Positions 26,351 to 35,175 of a DNA stretch of 64,000 nt are shown piece after piece; the first letter of the stretch is position 1, and each line of letters starts with the position of its first letter. The DNA comes from an uncultured Bacteroidales bacterium (lineage in GTDB: Bacteria > Bacteroidota > Bacteroidia > Bacteroidales > CAIWKO01), in the NCBI GenBank assembly GCA_964585485.1, contig CAZPDS010000001.1, forward strand, positions 19,177 through 83,176. Direction: 5' to 3'. The notes under the pieces were generated by a model that saw nothing but the letters and a program-made list of their open reading frames with translations, was not told the DNA's origin and searched no databases. A program made the translations under genes and the position numbers.

Positions 26351-27604
26351 TTATTTGGTTTCCGAGGGGTTGTTAATCCGTCCCATGAACAAGATGTTAT
26401 CGTACTTGTTTTCTTTAAGGATCATAATAAACGGACGGTTCGCAATGAAGCCAGGGCGAACAATGGCGGTTTTCTGACGTATCACCACCGCGGTAGCAGC
26501 CGCGGCTTCGGTTCCCTTTTCATTGACATCCACAAAGGCTTTATGGATGACCTTATCGATCATCAGGTCCTTTTTCCCGTCCATACCTGAAAAATCAGCC
26601 TGCAGGCTAAAGGCTTCCGGCATCCCCATTTTCTTTAGTACGTCGGATAACTCCAGTTCGGAGGTGGTCTTAAACTTCGGTATCATCAGGTTTATGATTT
26701 CCGGTTTGAGGGCCTTCATCCATTCCGAATACTGAGCGGAGGTCAGTTTCTGCTCAAACGCACTAAACGAGACCTGGCGGGCGGGGAGCAATATAACCAG
26801 CGACATCGAACTGTCGGCATACGGAATCTCGGCAATCTGGAGATCTTCATCGCTATAGTACTTAAACACGGCATTGTCTTTCTTCATAAAAGGCACTTGC
26901 AGACTTTTGCCGTCGGGTAAAAAGAAACTGTGGGCCGACGTTAGCTTTTCATCAAAAGCTGCCGACCAGGAGCCTTTAAAATAAACGGCATTCACAAGCA
27001 CCATGCGGGCCAGCTGATTAATCATCCCTTGCGGAATGAGGTTCTGAATGCGGTCATTGGTCTTTTTGGCCACCCAATCATTGATTAACAGACGGGATTT
27101 CTCCAGTTCCTTTTTGAAATCCACCAATTGAACCCCCGCCTTGTAATTTTGCTTCATCAGGCCCATATAACTATCGAGAAAGTCAAAATCACGCTGTGCA
27201 AAAACAGCCTGGGCGGTGGTCATCTCAACCGAATCGCCGTTGTTAAGTCCCTCGATGTAGGCCAGCAAATCGCGTACTTTCGGATGAAAGGCCTGTTGAT
27301 CGCGGTCAAAATGTAAAACCTTGCTCATCTGGGCTTCGGTTTCGCCACGGGCTCCGGCATAGGTCATGGCCAGTGCAGTTGAAATACTATACGGACTAAA
27401 AAAAACATTCTGGTCAAACGTGGAAATTTCGCGGTAGAGTTCCAGCGCAAACTGGTTATTCCCGGCGATGAGGGCCGGGTCGGGTTGCTCAATAGGCCGT
27501 AGCGCCGGTTCGGAAGGCGTCACCGTGGAGGTAGAAACCGATTTTTGATGGCAGGCCAACAGGCTGCTCAATACTACTGCTACAAGGATCAAATGTGCTT
27601 TCAT
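26351..27604 (-). CDS. Serpin-family protease inhibitor, lipoprotein
   Basis: 417 aa. Lipobox SLLAC. Serpin core motifs (SPYSISTALAMTYAGARGET, FIANRPFIMIL). Inhibitory-type hinge EKGTEAAAATAVVIRQK-T. Aligning it to the antithrombin/alpha1-antitrypsin hinge puts P1 at Lys378 (codon 26471-26473). Confidence 0.9.
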   Translation of the reverse strand: MKAHLILVAVVLSSLLACHQKSVSTSTVTPSEPALRPIEQPDPALIAGNNQFALELYREISTFDQNVFFSPYSISTALAMTYAGARGETEAQMSKVLHFDRDQQAFHPKVRDLLAYIEGLNNGDSVEMTTAQAVFAQRDFDFLDSYMGLMKQNYKAGVQLVDFKKELEKSRLLINDWVAKKTNDRIQNLIPQGMINQLARMVLVNAVYFKGSWSAAFDEKLTSAHSFFLPDGKSLQVPFMKKDNAVFKYYSDEDLQIAEIPYADSSMSLVILLPARQVSFSAFEQKLTSAQYSEWMKALKPEIINLMIPKFKTTSELELSDVLKKMGMPEAFSLQADFSGMDGKKDLMIDKVIHKAFVDVNEKGTEAAAATAVVIRQKTAIVRPGFIANRPFIMILKENKYDNILFMGRINNPSETK

Positions 27605-27615
27605 AGGGTGAATGC

Positions 27616-29445
27616 TTAGTTTTCGTTGGGATGAAAATATGCAAAGATAAGGCCGGCCTTGCTATTGCCGACCACGGCCGCCAGTTCCTCCTGGCTGGCT
27701 GCGCGGATGCGGGCGACCGAACCCAGCGCCGTTAGAGCCTTCCGGGCCACCGCATCACCAACCCCCCGTATGCCGGTAAGCTCGGTGCGCAAGGTGCCTT
27801 TTTCCCGTTTTTTCCGATGATGCGTGATACCAAAACGGTGCGCTTCATCGCGCATATGCTGAATAACCCGCAGGGTCTCCGATTTCTTGTCGAGGTACAT
27901 GGGCAAAGAATCGTACGGGTAATAAATCTCCTCCAGTTTTTTGGCTATCCCGATGACCCCCATCCGACCATACAGACCGATTGACTCCAGGGCCTCCACA
28001 GCGGCGCTTAACTGGCCTTTTCCGCCATCAACGACGAGGAGTTGAGGGAAGGGCTTGTCTTCGTCCAAAAGTCGCGTATAACGCCGTGTAATGACTTCAG
28101 CCATGGAGGCAAAATCGTTGGGCCCTTCCACGGTCTTAATATTAAAGTGCCGGTACTCGCTTTTTGCGGGCCGGCCATTTTTAAACACGATCAGCGCCGC
28201 CACCGGGTATTCGCCCTGGATATTGGAGTTATCAATGCATTCAATGATTTCCGGTAGCTCCTTCAGCCGCAAGTCCTGTTTCATCTTTTCCAAAATGCGC
28301 CGTGTATGGCGTTCGGGGTCGGCCAGTTCGCGTTGCTTTTCCTTTTCGGCTTTATAATGGATGGCGTTGCGCAGGGAAAGCTCGACCAACATTTTCTTGT
28401 CGCCGCGCTGCGGCACCTGCAAGCTAACGCCCGGAATCTCGAGGCCGGGATCAAAAGGTACCAGCACTTCGCTATGGTCGCTTAAACCACGGGTACGGAA
28501 TTCCGCAATAGCCAGCAGCAGCATCTCGTCCGGATTTTCATCGAGTTTTTTCTTCAGCTCCACGGTTTGCGACTGTACCACAGCACCATTCACCACCTTC
28601 ATAAAATTAACCCAGGCCGAATGCACATCGTCAACCAGGGTAAAAACATCCACCTGATGAATGTTCGGATTCACCACAACCGACTTGCTTTGGTAACGCT
28701 CGAGGAGGCTCAGCTTTTCCTTGTATTCCTGCGCCTGCTCGAAACGGTATTCCGAAGCGGCCTCCAGCATCGCTTTTCGCAACACCTGAATCACCGGCCC
28801 CAGGTGCCCCTTGATTAGTTCCCGGATGTGCCGAACATTTTCTTCATAACTTTCGGCGGTCTGCCGGCCTTCGCATGGCCCCAGGCAGTTTCCAATCTGG
28901 TATTCCAGGCAAACCTTATAGCGGCCGGCGCGAATATTGGCCGGCGAAAGGTTGAGTTTACAAGTACGCAGTGGATATAACTTACGCACCAGCTCCAGCA
29001 GATTATGCATACTGCGCACCGAAGCGAAGGGACCAAAATAGTGGGAGCCGTCACGCCCCAGCGTACGCGTACTGTAAATGCGCGGGAATTCTTCTTTCTT
29101 AATACAAATCCAGGGATACGTCTTGTCGTCTTTCAACAAAATGTTGTACCGCGGCTGATGCTTTTTAATAAGCGTGTTCTCCAACAACAAGGCGTCGTAC
29201 TCCGTATTTACAACAATAGTACGGATGTCGGCAATCTTACGAACCAGCATCCGTACCTTCCCGCTCAGGCCACTGTCCTTGTTGAAATACGAATGAACCC
29301 GCTTCGTCAGGCTCTTGGCCTTACCCACATAAAGCAACTGATCCTGCTGATCATAAAACTGGTAAACACCCGGTGCATCCGGCAGCGTTTTCAGCAGATT
29401 TTTCAGATGAGTTTCAGAAGCGGAAGCTGGATCGTTCATAAACAA
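27616..29445 (-). CDS. uvrC: Excinuclease ABC subunit C
   Basis: 609 aa. GIY-YIG N-terminus (GVYQFYDQQDQLLYVGKAKSLTKRV), UVR domain, endonuclease V-like domain and C-terminal HhH. The start could be the third codon (29439). Confidence 0.95.
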   Translation of the reverse strand: MFMNDPASASETHLKNLLKTLPDAPGVYQFYDQQDQLLYVGKAKSLTKRVHSYFNKDSGLSGKVRMLVRKIADIRTIVVNTEYDALLLENTLIKKHQPRYNILLKDDKTYPWICIKKEEFPRIYSTRTLGRDGSHYFGPFASVRSMHNLLELVRKLYPLRTCKLNLSPANIRAGRYKVCLEYQIGNCLGPCEGRQTAESYEENVRHIRELIKGHLGPVIQVLRKAMLEAASEYRFEQAQEYKEKLSLLERYQSKSVVVNPNIHQVDVFTLVDDVHSAWVNFMKVVNGAVVQSQTVELKKKLDENPDEMLLLAIAEFRTRGLSDHSEVLVPFDPGLEIPGVSLQVPQRGDKKMLVELSLRNAIHYKAEKEKQRELADPERHTRRILEKMKQDLRLKELPEIIECIDNSNIQGEYPVAALIVFKNGRPAKSEYRHFNIKTVEGPNDFASMAEVITRRYTRLLDEDKPFPQLLVVDGGKGQLSAAVEALESIGLYGRMGVIGIAKKLEEIYYPYDSLPMYLDKKSETLRVIQHMRDEAHRFGITHHRKKREKGTLRTELTGIRGVGDAVARKALTALGSVARIRAASQEELAAVVGNSKAGLIFAYFHPNEN

Positions 29446-29472
29446 ATACTACATGGCAAAGATAACACAAAC

Positions 29473-29509
29473 AAAAAAAGGGGAACCGCTGATGGCACTT
29501 CCCCTTTTT
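29473..29509 (-). terminator. Intrinsic terminator closing the TonB-receptor/MbnP-like/OsmC operon
   Basis: AAAAAAA-GGGGAA-(13-nt loop)-TTCCCC-TTTTT. On the minus strand the stem is followed by a 7-T run. Lies 18 nt downstream of the OsmC stop. Confidence 0.7.
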
Positions 29510-29526
29510 GGTTTAAAAACACAAAA

Positions 29527-29922
29527 TCAGGGTTGCTGTACCGATTTTACCTCCACCACCGGCGGCGCGGAAAAATGTTGTTTCACCTTACAAAGCGAAG
29601 CTACAGATACCAGGGATGCTACGTATTTTTCGGGAAAGTCTTTCGGAACCTGGATTTCCAGGCCAACATACGTCGCCATGCCCCTTGCGTCAAATTCGTG
29701 CTTCTGCACAATTTTGATCCCTTCCGTAGAGATTCCCCGCTGATCGCAGAAACCTTTTACATAGATGCCGGCACAGGTGGCCAGCGACGCCAGAAACAGC
29801 TCAAACGGCGTAACGGCTGCGTCATTTCCACCGCCCTGCACAGGCTGATCGGTTTTCACAACATGCTGCCGAACACGGGCGTTCACGCCCTTGCTTCCTT
29901 CAAAGAAAACTTCGATTTCCAT
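29527..29922 (-). CDS. OsmC/Ohr-family thiol peroxidase-like protein (no signal peptide)
   Basis: 131 aa. FELFLASLATCAGIY and SLCKV carry the two cysteines typical of the OsmC family. Confidence 0.85.
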   Translation of the reverse strand: MEIEVFFEGSKGVNARVRQHVVKTDQPVQGGGNDAAVTPFELFLASLATCAGIYVKGFCDQRGISTEGIKIVQKHEFDARGMATYVGLEIQVPKDFPEKYVASLVSVASLCKVKQHFSAPPVVEVKSVQQP

Positions 29923-29937
29923 AAAATATAGTTTTAA

Positions 29938-30741
29938 TTAATAATTTACCGCGCCAATGGTGAAAACATCCACCCCATTTTCCTTAACCTTCTGCATCGC
30001 CGCCTGATTCTGCATGATATAGCTGCCCCACACATTGTGATCCCACACGTGCGGTGTTTCAAACCAGCTTTCCACATTCATGCGAATTTCAATAGTCGTA
30101 GTCGCATCCTCATTCACCGTAAAGGATTCGTTGCTAAGATTCACCTCAAAATAATTCTGTACAAAGCCGGTAATGGAATCCACATTAACGACCCCGCTGG
30201 CGTATATCTGCCCTATTCCGAGGTGAAAATCAAAGGGAACAACCTGGTTCGCCGTATCCTTCCATTTTCCGTTCAGCTTCATGTAGTGATAGCCCCCACC
30301 CAGAAATTCCGGCCAAAACATATTGCTCTCGGGAGGGTTCACAAACATGTACGATTGGTTGCTGGCTTCGCTGATTCCAAAGATAAAGCTGATGGACGTG
30401 TACGTGCCGCTGGTAATCGGATCCACCACATTCCACATCAGCGTCGCGGGGATGTCGGTGTCCACATAGTGAATATCGTCCCAATCATCAATGCGCAGGG
30501 TAGAGCCATCACCGGCGTGCAGCACCACGTCTGACACGAAGTACTGAATCTCGTTGACCAGGTACTCGTTGCCGGCGGCATTCAGATACATCAGCGAGTC
30601 CATCACCAGAGGTTCACCATTCACGGTGTGCGTAAATTTCAAATTGATTTTGCCCGTTTCCGGAGCCGGCGGAGGCGGATCTTTTTTACAGCCCGCCAAA
30701 ACGGTGACCAAAATAAGGCTGAAGCCCAGCAATCTTTTCAT
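29938..30741 (-). CDS. MbnP-family-like lipoprotein (putative periplasmic metal-binding protein)
   Basis: ORF 29938..30798 trimmed to MKRLLGFSLILVTVLAGCKK (lipobox). Motifs AAGNEYLVNEIQYFVSDVVL, NMFWPEFLGGGYHYMKLNGKW and FDFHLG match my recollection of Bacteroidota MbnP-family proteins. Needs HMM confirmation. Confidence 0.6.
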   Translation of the reverse strand: MKRLLGFSLILVTVLAGCKKDPPPPAPETGKINLKFTHTVNGEPLVMDSLMYLNAAGNEYLVNEIQYFVSDVVLHAGDGSTLRIDDWDDIHYVDTDIPATLMWNVVDPITSGTYTSISFIFGISEASNQSYMFVNPPESNMFWPEFLGGGYHYMKLNGKWKDTANQVVPFDFHLGIGQIYASGVVNVDSITGFVQNYFEVNLSNESFTVNEDATTTIEIRMNVESWFETPHVWDHNVWGSYIMQNQAAMQKVKENGVDVFTIGAVNY

Positions 30742-30784
30742 CTTTTTCAGGAATTTTACAAGAGGCCCAACGCCCCCTCTTTCA

Positions 30785-31159
30785 TTAATAGGGAACAACC
30801 CCCGAAACCGTTACAGGCATGGTATTGTCGTTGGTTCGCGAAGCCTGTTTGTAAATCTTTCCATCCACATACACCCGCACCTGAACATAAGAATCCGGTG
30901 TAGTGTCCAGCACGGAAATATAAACGATGTCGCCGGATTCCGCCAACCACGAAGAGACAACAATTTTATCGCTCTTGCTTTGGGTGGAATACGTGGCGGT
31001 TTGAACCACCGGAGCTTCGTTGGAATAACGTGCCGTAAAGCCCGTTTCCGAGTTGGTGACCATATACGAAACCGTATGGCTGTCTTCTTTCTCACAGGCT
31101 GCGAGCCACAGGAACAGCGGGATCAGCAAAAATATTAAACGCAGGTTTTTCATATTCAT
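30785..31159 (-). CDS. Hypothetical small lipoprotein
   Basis: 124 aa. Signal peptide with lipobox LAACEKED. Lies 4 nt downstream of the TonB-dependent receptor stop. No family recognised. Confidence 0.6.
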   Translation of the reverse strand: MNMKNLRLIFLLIPLFLWLAACEKEDSHTVSYMVTNSETGFTARYSNEAPVVQTATYSTQSKSDKIVVSSWLAESGDIVYISVLDTTPDSYVQVRVYVDGKIYKQASRTNDNTMPVTVSGVVPY

Positions 31160-31163
31160 CCGC

Positions 31164-33317
31164 TTAAAAATTAAACATTACATTGGCGTAAAGCACACGG
31201 CCTGGTTCGTAGAGTCTTCCGGTGGAACCGATCATTTTCCGATTGAGGTGCTCGTAGTAGGCCGTGTTCAGCAGGTTGTTCACGCCACCGCTTAAGGTGA
31301 GGAAGGACTTATACTTGTACGTAAGGCCCAGGTTCAATAATACAAAACCCGGTGTCGTTTTTTCGTAGAAAGCTTCAGAGACATGCCCCTGGTCCAACAC
31401 CATCCTGCAGGCCACGCGGGGAACCAACTTGCCATTAAAGAACTTGTAGTAAGCCGAAACGTTTATTTCCAGCGGGGGAATTTCAGACAAAGCGTCATTG
31501 GTCAATACTTCTTCGCCGATTACCTGCTGGCTGACAATTTTCGTGGGATCGAGCAGCTGCTTGGTCACCGAAGAGATTGTTGCATAGGTATAGGCGGCGG
31601 AAATTCGTCCGCCCGGTTTCCAGCTTTCGGGTGTGCGATACGCCAGTTCAAAACCAGTGAAATAGGCGGTTCCGGCATTGTAAAATTCTTTCACCCCGAG
31701 CACATTAGCCGTAAGCGGTTTTTGAACCGACGGCGGCAAACGCCGTCCGCTGATAAATCCTTCAACAATAGAGTAAAATACATTGACCTCTGCTGTCCCG
31801 GCTTTCTCATGATAGTATTTAAACCCAAGGTCCGCCTCGTTGTTTGTTTCGGGCTTCAATTGGGGATTTCCCAGGTATTCATAATTATCGTAACCCACCG
31901 GTAACAGGATAATAAAGCGTTCCAGCATATTCGGACTACGGGTGCCACGGCCCAGGGAAAAACTCAGGGCATAATGATCACCCCAGCGTTTGGTGACGCC
32001 GCCACTAAAACTAAGGTTCAGAAAATTACTGGTGGTGGTATCGTTATACAACAAGACCGGGGGTGGGGTTCCGGTACCATAGAGAACAATCGGACCTGAA
32101 GTAGCGTGATTCTGGTCGAGGCGCAGGGTGCCCACCACATCCCAGGTAGTACCCAGCATGGTTTTAAATTCACCATATAGCCCCAGATTATACATGCTGG
32201 CGTCGTTCCATAAGGCTTCCGTTTTAGTCGGAATCATGCCGTTCATGGGCGCTTGCATGATCATGGTTTTCACCCGGTCGCCATCCTTGGCAATCAGCAT
32301 GAAATCGCCACCCAAAAACAGGATGTACTTATCCTTGAAATTTAAATCCACCCCACCGCGCACTCCCAGCGTAGCCGCCGTTACATCCGAAACCGCCACC
32401 GCGGTATCGGAGTTCGCACGCGATTTATTATCCATTACGTGATTAACCACGGTATAGCTGGCCTTCAGGTTGGCCCCGCTAAACACCCCGTTGTGGCCCT
32501 TGGTAACGTAAGCCAGGGAAAGGGAGTTGGTGAGATCCGAACGTTCGTCCATCTGGAGTGCCGGAAAACGTACATTGCTGTGTTGCGCACCCATGTAGGA
32601 AAGGAGTACCTGATGTTTTTTGGCCGGGGTAAACCCCAGCTTGGCCGAATAACTCGTCTTTTCAAAGGAAGAAGAATATTGCGTGCCGTTCCCGTCATCG
32701 TAATTACCATATTGCATGCGATTGGCACTCATCAGAAAATAAACAAACCGATTACCACCCCGAAGGTCGACATGCTGTTTATTCCCGTTCCAGTTACTTT
32801 CGTAGCCCACTGAAGCACGGCCGTGTACTTCAAATTTCGCGTAGGGTTGCGGTTGCAGCGTTATCAGGTTCACCACACCTCCAAAAGCCGGTCCGTAGCG
32901 TAAAGCAAAGGGGCCCTTGATGACTTCCATCTGCTCGATGTCGTCAATGTCAACATGCGAAGTGGTGGGGTCCATCCGGTTCGGACAGCCGCCTTCAATT
33001 CCGACCGCCCCGTTGATAAGGGTGAGTAACTGACTGAATTTAAAACCGCGCACCACCGGATCGATGTTGGCGCCCCCCTTTCGGAGCCCGGATACATTTG
33101 GTACACTGCGAAGAACCTCGCCAATATCGCGAACCGCCTCGTCGTCCAGAATGGATTTTAAAACCACCTGCTTTTGATACGGAATGCGTTTCAGGGCGCG
33201 GTCGATGACTTCCACCGGCCCAAGTTTAACGGTGTCGCCGATGCCCTGTGCCTGGGTAGCACTTCCTGCAAAGATCAGCAAGAGCCCGGCAAGAGAGAGC
33301 TTCCAAGTTGTATGCAT
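31164..33317 (-). CDS. TonB-dependent outer-membrane receptor
   Basis: ORF 31164..33359 trimmed to MHTTWKLSLAGLLLIFAGSATQAQ (ATG 33315-33317). Plug domain (VLRSVPNVSG, IDPVVRGF, IEQMEVIKGPFALRYGP), 22-strand-type barrel, and C-terminal aromatic ...YANVMFNF. Confidence 0.9.
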   Translation of the reverse strand: MHTTWKLSLAGLLLIFAGSATQAQGIGDTVKLGPVEVIDRALKRIPYQKQVVLKSILDDEAVRDIGEVLRSVPNVSGLRKGGANIDPVVRGFKFSQLLTLINGAVGIEGGCPNRMDPTTSHVDIDDIEQMEVIKGPFALRYGPAFGGVVNLITLQPQPYAKFEVHGRASVGYESNWNGNKQHVDLRGGNRFVYFLMSANRMQYGNYDDGNGTQYSSSFEKTSYSAKLGFTPAKKHQVLLSYMGAQHSNVRFPALQMDERSDLTNSLSLAYVTKGHNGVFSGANLKASYTVVNHVMDNKSRANSDTAVAVSDVTAATLGVRGGVDLNFKDKYILFLGGDFMLIAKDGDRVKTMIMQAPMNGMIPTKTEALWNDASMYNLGLYGEFKTMLGTTWDVVGTLRLDQNHATSGPIVLYGTGTPPPVLLYNDTTTSNFLNLSFSGGVTKRWGDHYALSFSLGRGTRSPNMLERFIILLPVGYDNYEYLGNPQLKPETNNEADLGFKYYHEKAGTAEVNVFYSIVEGFISGRRLPPSVQKPLTANVLGVKEFYNAGTAYFTGFELAYRTPESWKPGGRISAAYTYATISSVTKQLLDPTKIVSQQVIGEEVLTNDALSEIPPLEINVSAYYKFFNGKLVPRVACRMVLDQGHVSEAFYEKTTPGFVLLNLGLTYKYKSFLTLSGGVNNLLNTAYYEHLNRKMIGSTGRLYEPGRVLYANVMFNF

Positions 33318-33356
33318 GCAACGTAAATTTTTCAGTTCAATAAACTGTAATTTATA

Positions 33357-33364
33357 CAAAAATA
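33357..33364 (-). promoter_or_regulatory. Candidate -7 promoter box TATTTTTG upstream of the TonB-dependent receptor
   Basis: TAnnTTTG on the minus strand, about 40 nt upstream of the ATG. A CAGTT-N5-AACTG inverted repeat (33333-33347) lies between the box and the start codon. Confidence 0.45.
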
Positions 33365-33461
33365 CGGAAATATTTTGGAAATTCGCCTAAATGGCTGGTT
33401 CTAAATATTACCGGGCCTTACCGCTACGCCTGCCATGAGCCCGGAATGAGGATGGTTTGTT

Positions 33462-33929
33462 TTAGTTTGATTTCTTAACAATCCACCCCACCTGCATTAT
33501 TTCGGGTGTTTCCGGCAAGGGCATAATGTTCTGCACCGTGAAAAGATAATGGCCCTTTCGGGGAAAGGTGAAATCGCTGAGGTACTCAAAATTGATGTCC
33601 CATAAATCACCCGCACCCTCGCCCAGGAAGGATCCGTCTTTATCGCGGAGCATCAGGTCAAGATCGCGTGTTCGCGTTTCCCCGGAAGGGAAGGTTGAGT
33701 ATACGTTAACTTTGATGTTGGCAAAGGCATAATAGCTGGTGTGCCGGATCGCCAGCTCCACATCATAGGCCTGCAGCGTATCGTTGATCTCCACGTCAAA
33801 CGTGATCGCGTTTTCCCGTGCCCACCGGTACTGAGGAATGTCCATAAATTCCTGAAATACGCGTTGATCGCAGGAAATCAGAAACATGGTCAGGCTAAGC
33901 ACAAATAGAAGCGGCAGGATCTTTTTCAT
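33462..33929 (-). CDS. gldH: Gliding-motility lipoprotein GldH
   Basis: ORF trimmed to MKKILPLLFVLSLTMFLISCDQ (lipobox). ~155 aa. The pattern W..ENAITFDVEI.D....YDV.LAIRH...Y.F.N..V......P.G...T.......LRD..G.F.G.G.GDLW matches GldH as I remember it. Confidence 0.75.
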   Translation of the reverse strand: MKKILPLLFVLSLTMFLISCDQRVFQEFMDIPQYRWARENAITFDVEINDTLQAYDVELAIRHTSYYAFANIKVNVYSTFPSGETRTRDLDLMLRDKDGSFLGEGAGDLWDINFEYLSDFTFPRKGHYLFTVQNIMPLPETPEIMQVGWIVKKSN

Positions 33930-33997
33930 AAAACTTGGGATTAAAAGGAGCAATAGCAAATTAGACGTATTTTTACAAACGCATTGCACAAGGATTA

Positions 33998-34630
33998 TTG
34001 TTCATGACAAAAATAGCAAAACAAAAATACTACGTCGTTTGGAAAGGGGCAAAACCTGGCATTTACACCTCCTGGGACGAATGCCGGGAACAGGTGCATG
34101 GCACCGAAGGCGCCCTTTACAAGGCCTTCGATAGTTTGCCGGAAGCTGAAACCGCCTTTCGGGAAAAACCGCAAAAACATATCTATAAAAAAGATACAAA
34201 ACCATCCGTGGTCAGCAAATCCGCTATCATTCAGGACAGCATCAGTGTTGATGCGGCGTGGAATACGGTGAGTAAGGACATGGAATACCGTGGCGTTTAC
34301 ACCTGGAACGCGGAAGAAATTTTTCACCGGGGGCCCTTTCCTGACGGCACGAACAATATCGGGGAATTTTTGGCCCTGGTTCACGCCCTGGCGCTGCTGG
34401 AAAAAAATGGCAAAAAAACACCCGTTTATTCCGACAGCCGTACGGCCATAGCCTGGGTCCGGAATAAACGGGCGAATACGAAACTGGAACCTACTTCACG
34501 AAATGCCGAACTTTTCGATCTGATCGCCCGGGCCGAAAACTGGCTCAGGGAACACCCACTGAAGAATGCCGTTCTGAAATGGGAAACGGAATCGTGGGGC
34601 GAAATACCGGCGGATTTCGGGCGAAAGTAA
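33998..34630 (+). CDS. rnhA: Ribonuclease HI with N-terminal hybrid-binding (viroplasmin-like) domain
   Basis: 210 aa. N-terminal YYVVWKGAKPGIYTSWDECREQVHGTEGALYKAF. The RNase H core carries acidic residues in SVDAAW, NNIGEF, YSDS and IPADFG. Confidence 0.85.
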   Translation: MFMTKIAKQKYYVVWKGAKPGIYTSWDECREQVHGTEGALYKAFDSLPEAETAFREKPQKHIYKKDTKPSVVSKSAIIQDSISVDAAWNTVSKDMEYRGVYTWNAEEIFHRGPFPDGTNNIGEFLALVHALALLEKNGKKTPVYSDSRTAIAWVRNKRANTKLEPTSRNAELFDLIARAENWLREHPLKNAVLKWETESWGEIPADFGRK

Positions 34631-34635
34631 GCGCC

Positions 34636-34932
34636 TTAGTCGTTACACTTGCTAACGCACTCAAGAATGGTCGCCAGTGCCGAATGTTTCAGATAATAGA
34701 AAGTATTCTTGCCATCACGTTTGGATTCCAGAATACCCTTGCTTTTCAAAATGTTCAGGTGGTGCGAAGCCGCAGCCTGTTCAATTTTCAGCTTTTCGTA
34801 AATGGAAGTCACGTTCATCTTACCGTTGGTTTCTAATAAACCAATGATTGCGATCCGCATCGGATGAGCAATGGACCTCAGCTTGCCGGCTGCTGCGTCA
34901 AGCTTGTGCATGTCTAATTGAGTCTTTGCCAT
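34636..34932 (-). CDS. ArsR/SmtB-family winged-helix transcriptional regulator
   Basis: 98 aa. LRSIAHPMRIAIIGLL...NVTSIYEKLKIEQAAASHHLNILKSKGIL is a canonical ArsR HTH. Confidence 0.85.
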   Translation of the reverse strand: MAKTQLDMHKLDAAAGKLRSIAHPMRIAIIGLLETNGKMNVTSIYEKLKIEQAAASHHLNILKSKGILESKRDGKNTFYYLKHSALATILECVSKCND

Positions 34933-34962
34933 AATAATAAAAATTTAGTCAATTTTCCTTAA

Positions 34963-34976
34963 CAATAAATTTATTG
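34963..34976. promoter_or_regulatory. Perfect 14-bp palindrome CAATAAATTTATTG, candidate ArsR operator
   Basis: Read directly from the sequence. Lies 31-44 nt upstream of the ArsR-family start codon, in a 243-bp AT-rich intergenic region. Confidence 0.4.
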
Positions 34977-35175
34977 ATTTCGTGGTGCGTGTTGAAAGAT
35001 GGTTACTATGTTTAAACAATCATTTCCAAAAGTTTTCAAAAACAAAAGTACAAAGAAAATTAATAGTGTGACATAATTAACAGAATTTCTTTAACAACTT
35101 TTTTACTGTTTTTTAACGCGCTACTTGAATGGTGCGGGAAATTATTCAACGACTAATTAAAAATCAAGATAATAG

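Noticed and set aside
29005-29931. 308-aa + strand ORF
   Set aside because: It runs antisense through the uvrC 5' end, the terminator hairpin and the whole OsmC gene, so it cannot coexist with three well-supported features. No motifs.
33318-33461. Riboswitch (for example cobalamin) upstream of the TonB-dependent receptor
   Set aside because: The whole intergenic region is 144 nt and the leader after the -7 box is about 40 nt, too short for such an element. No B12-box-like sequence seen.
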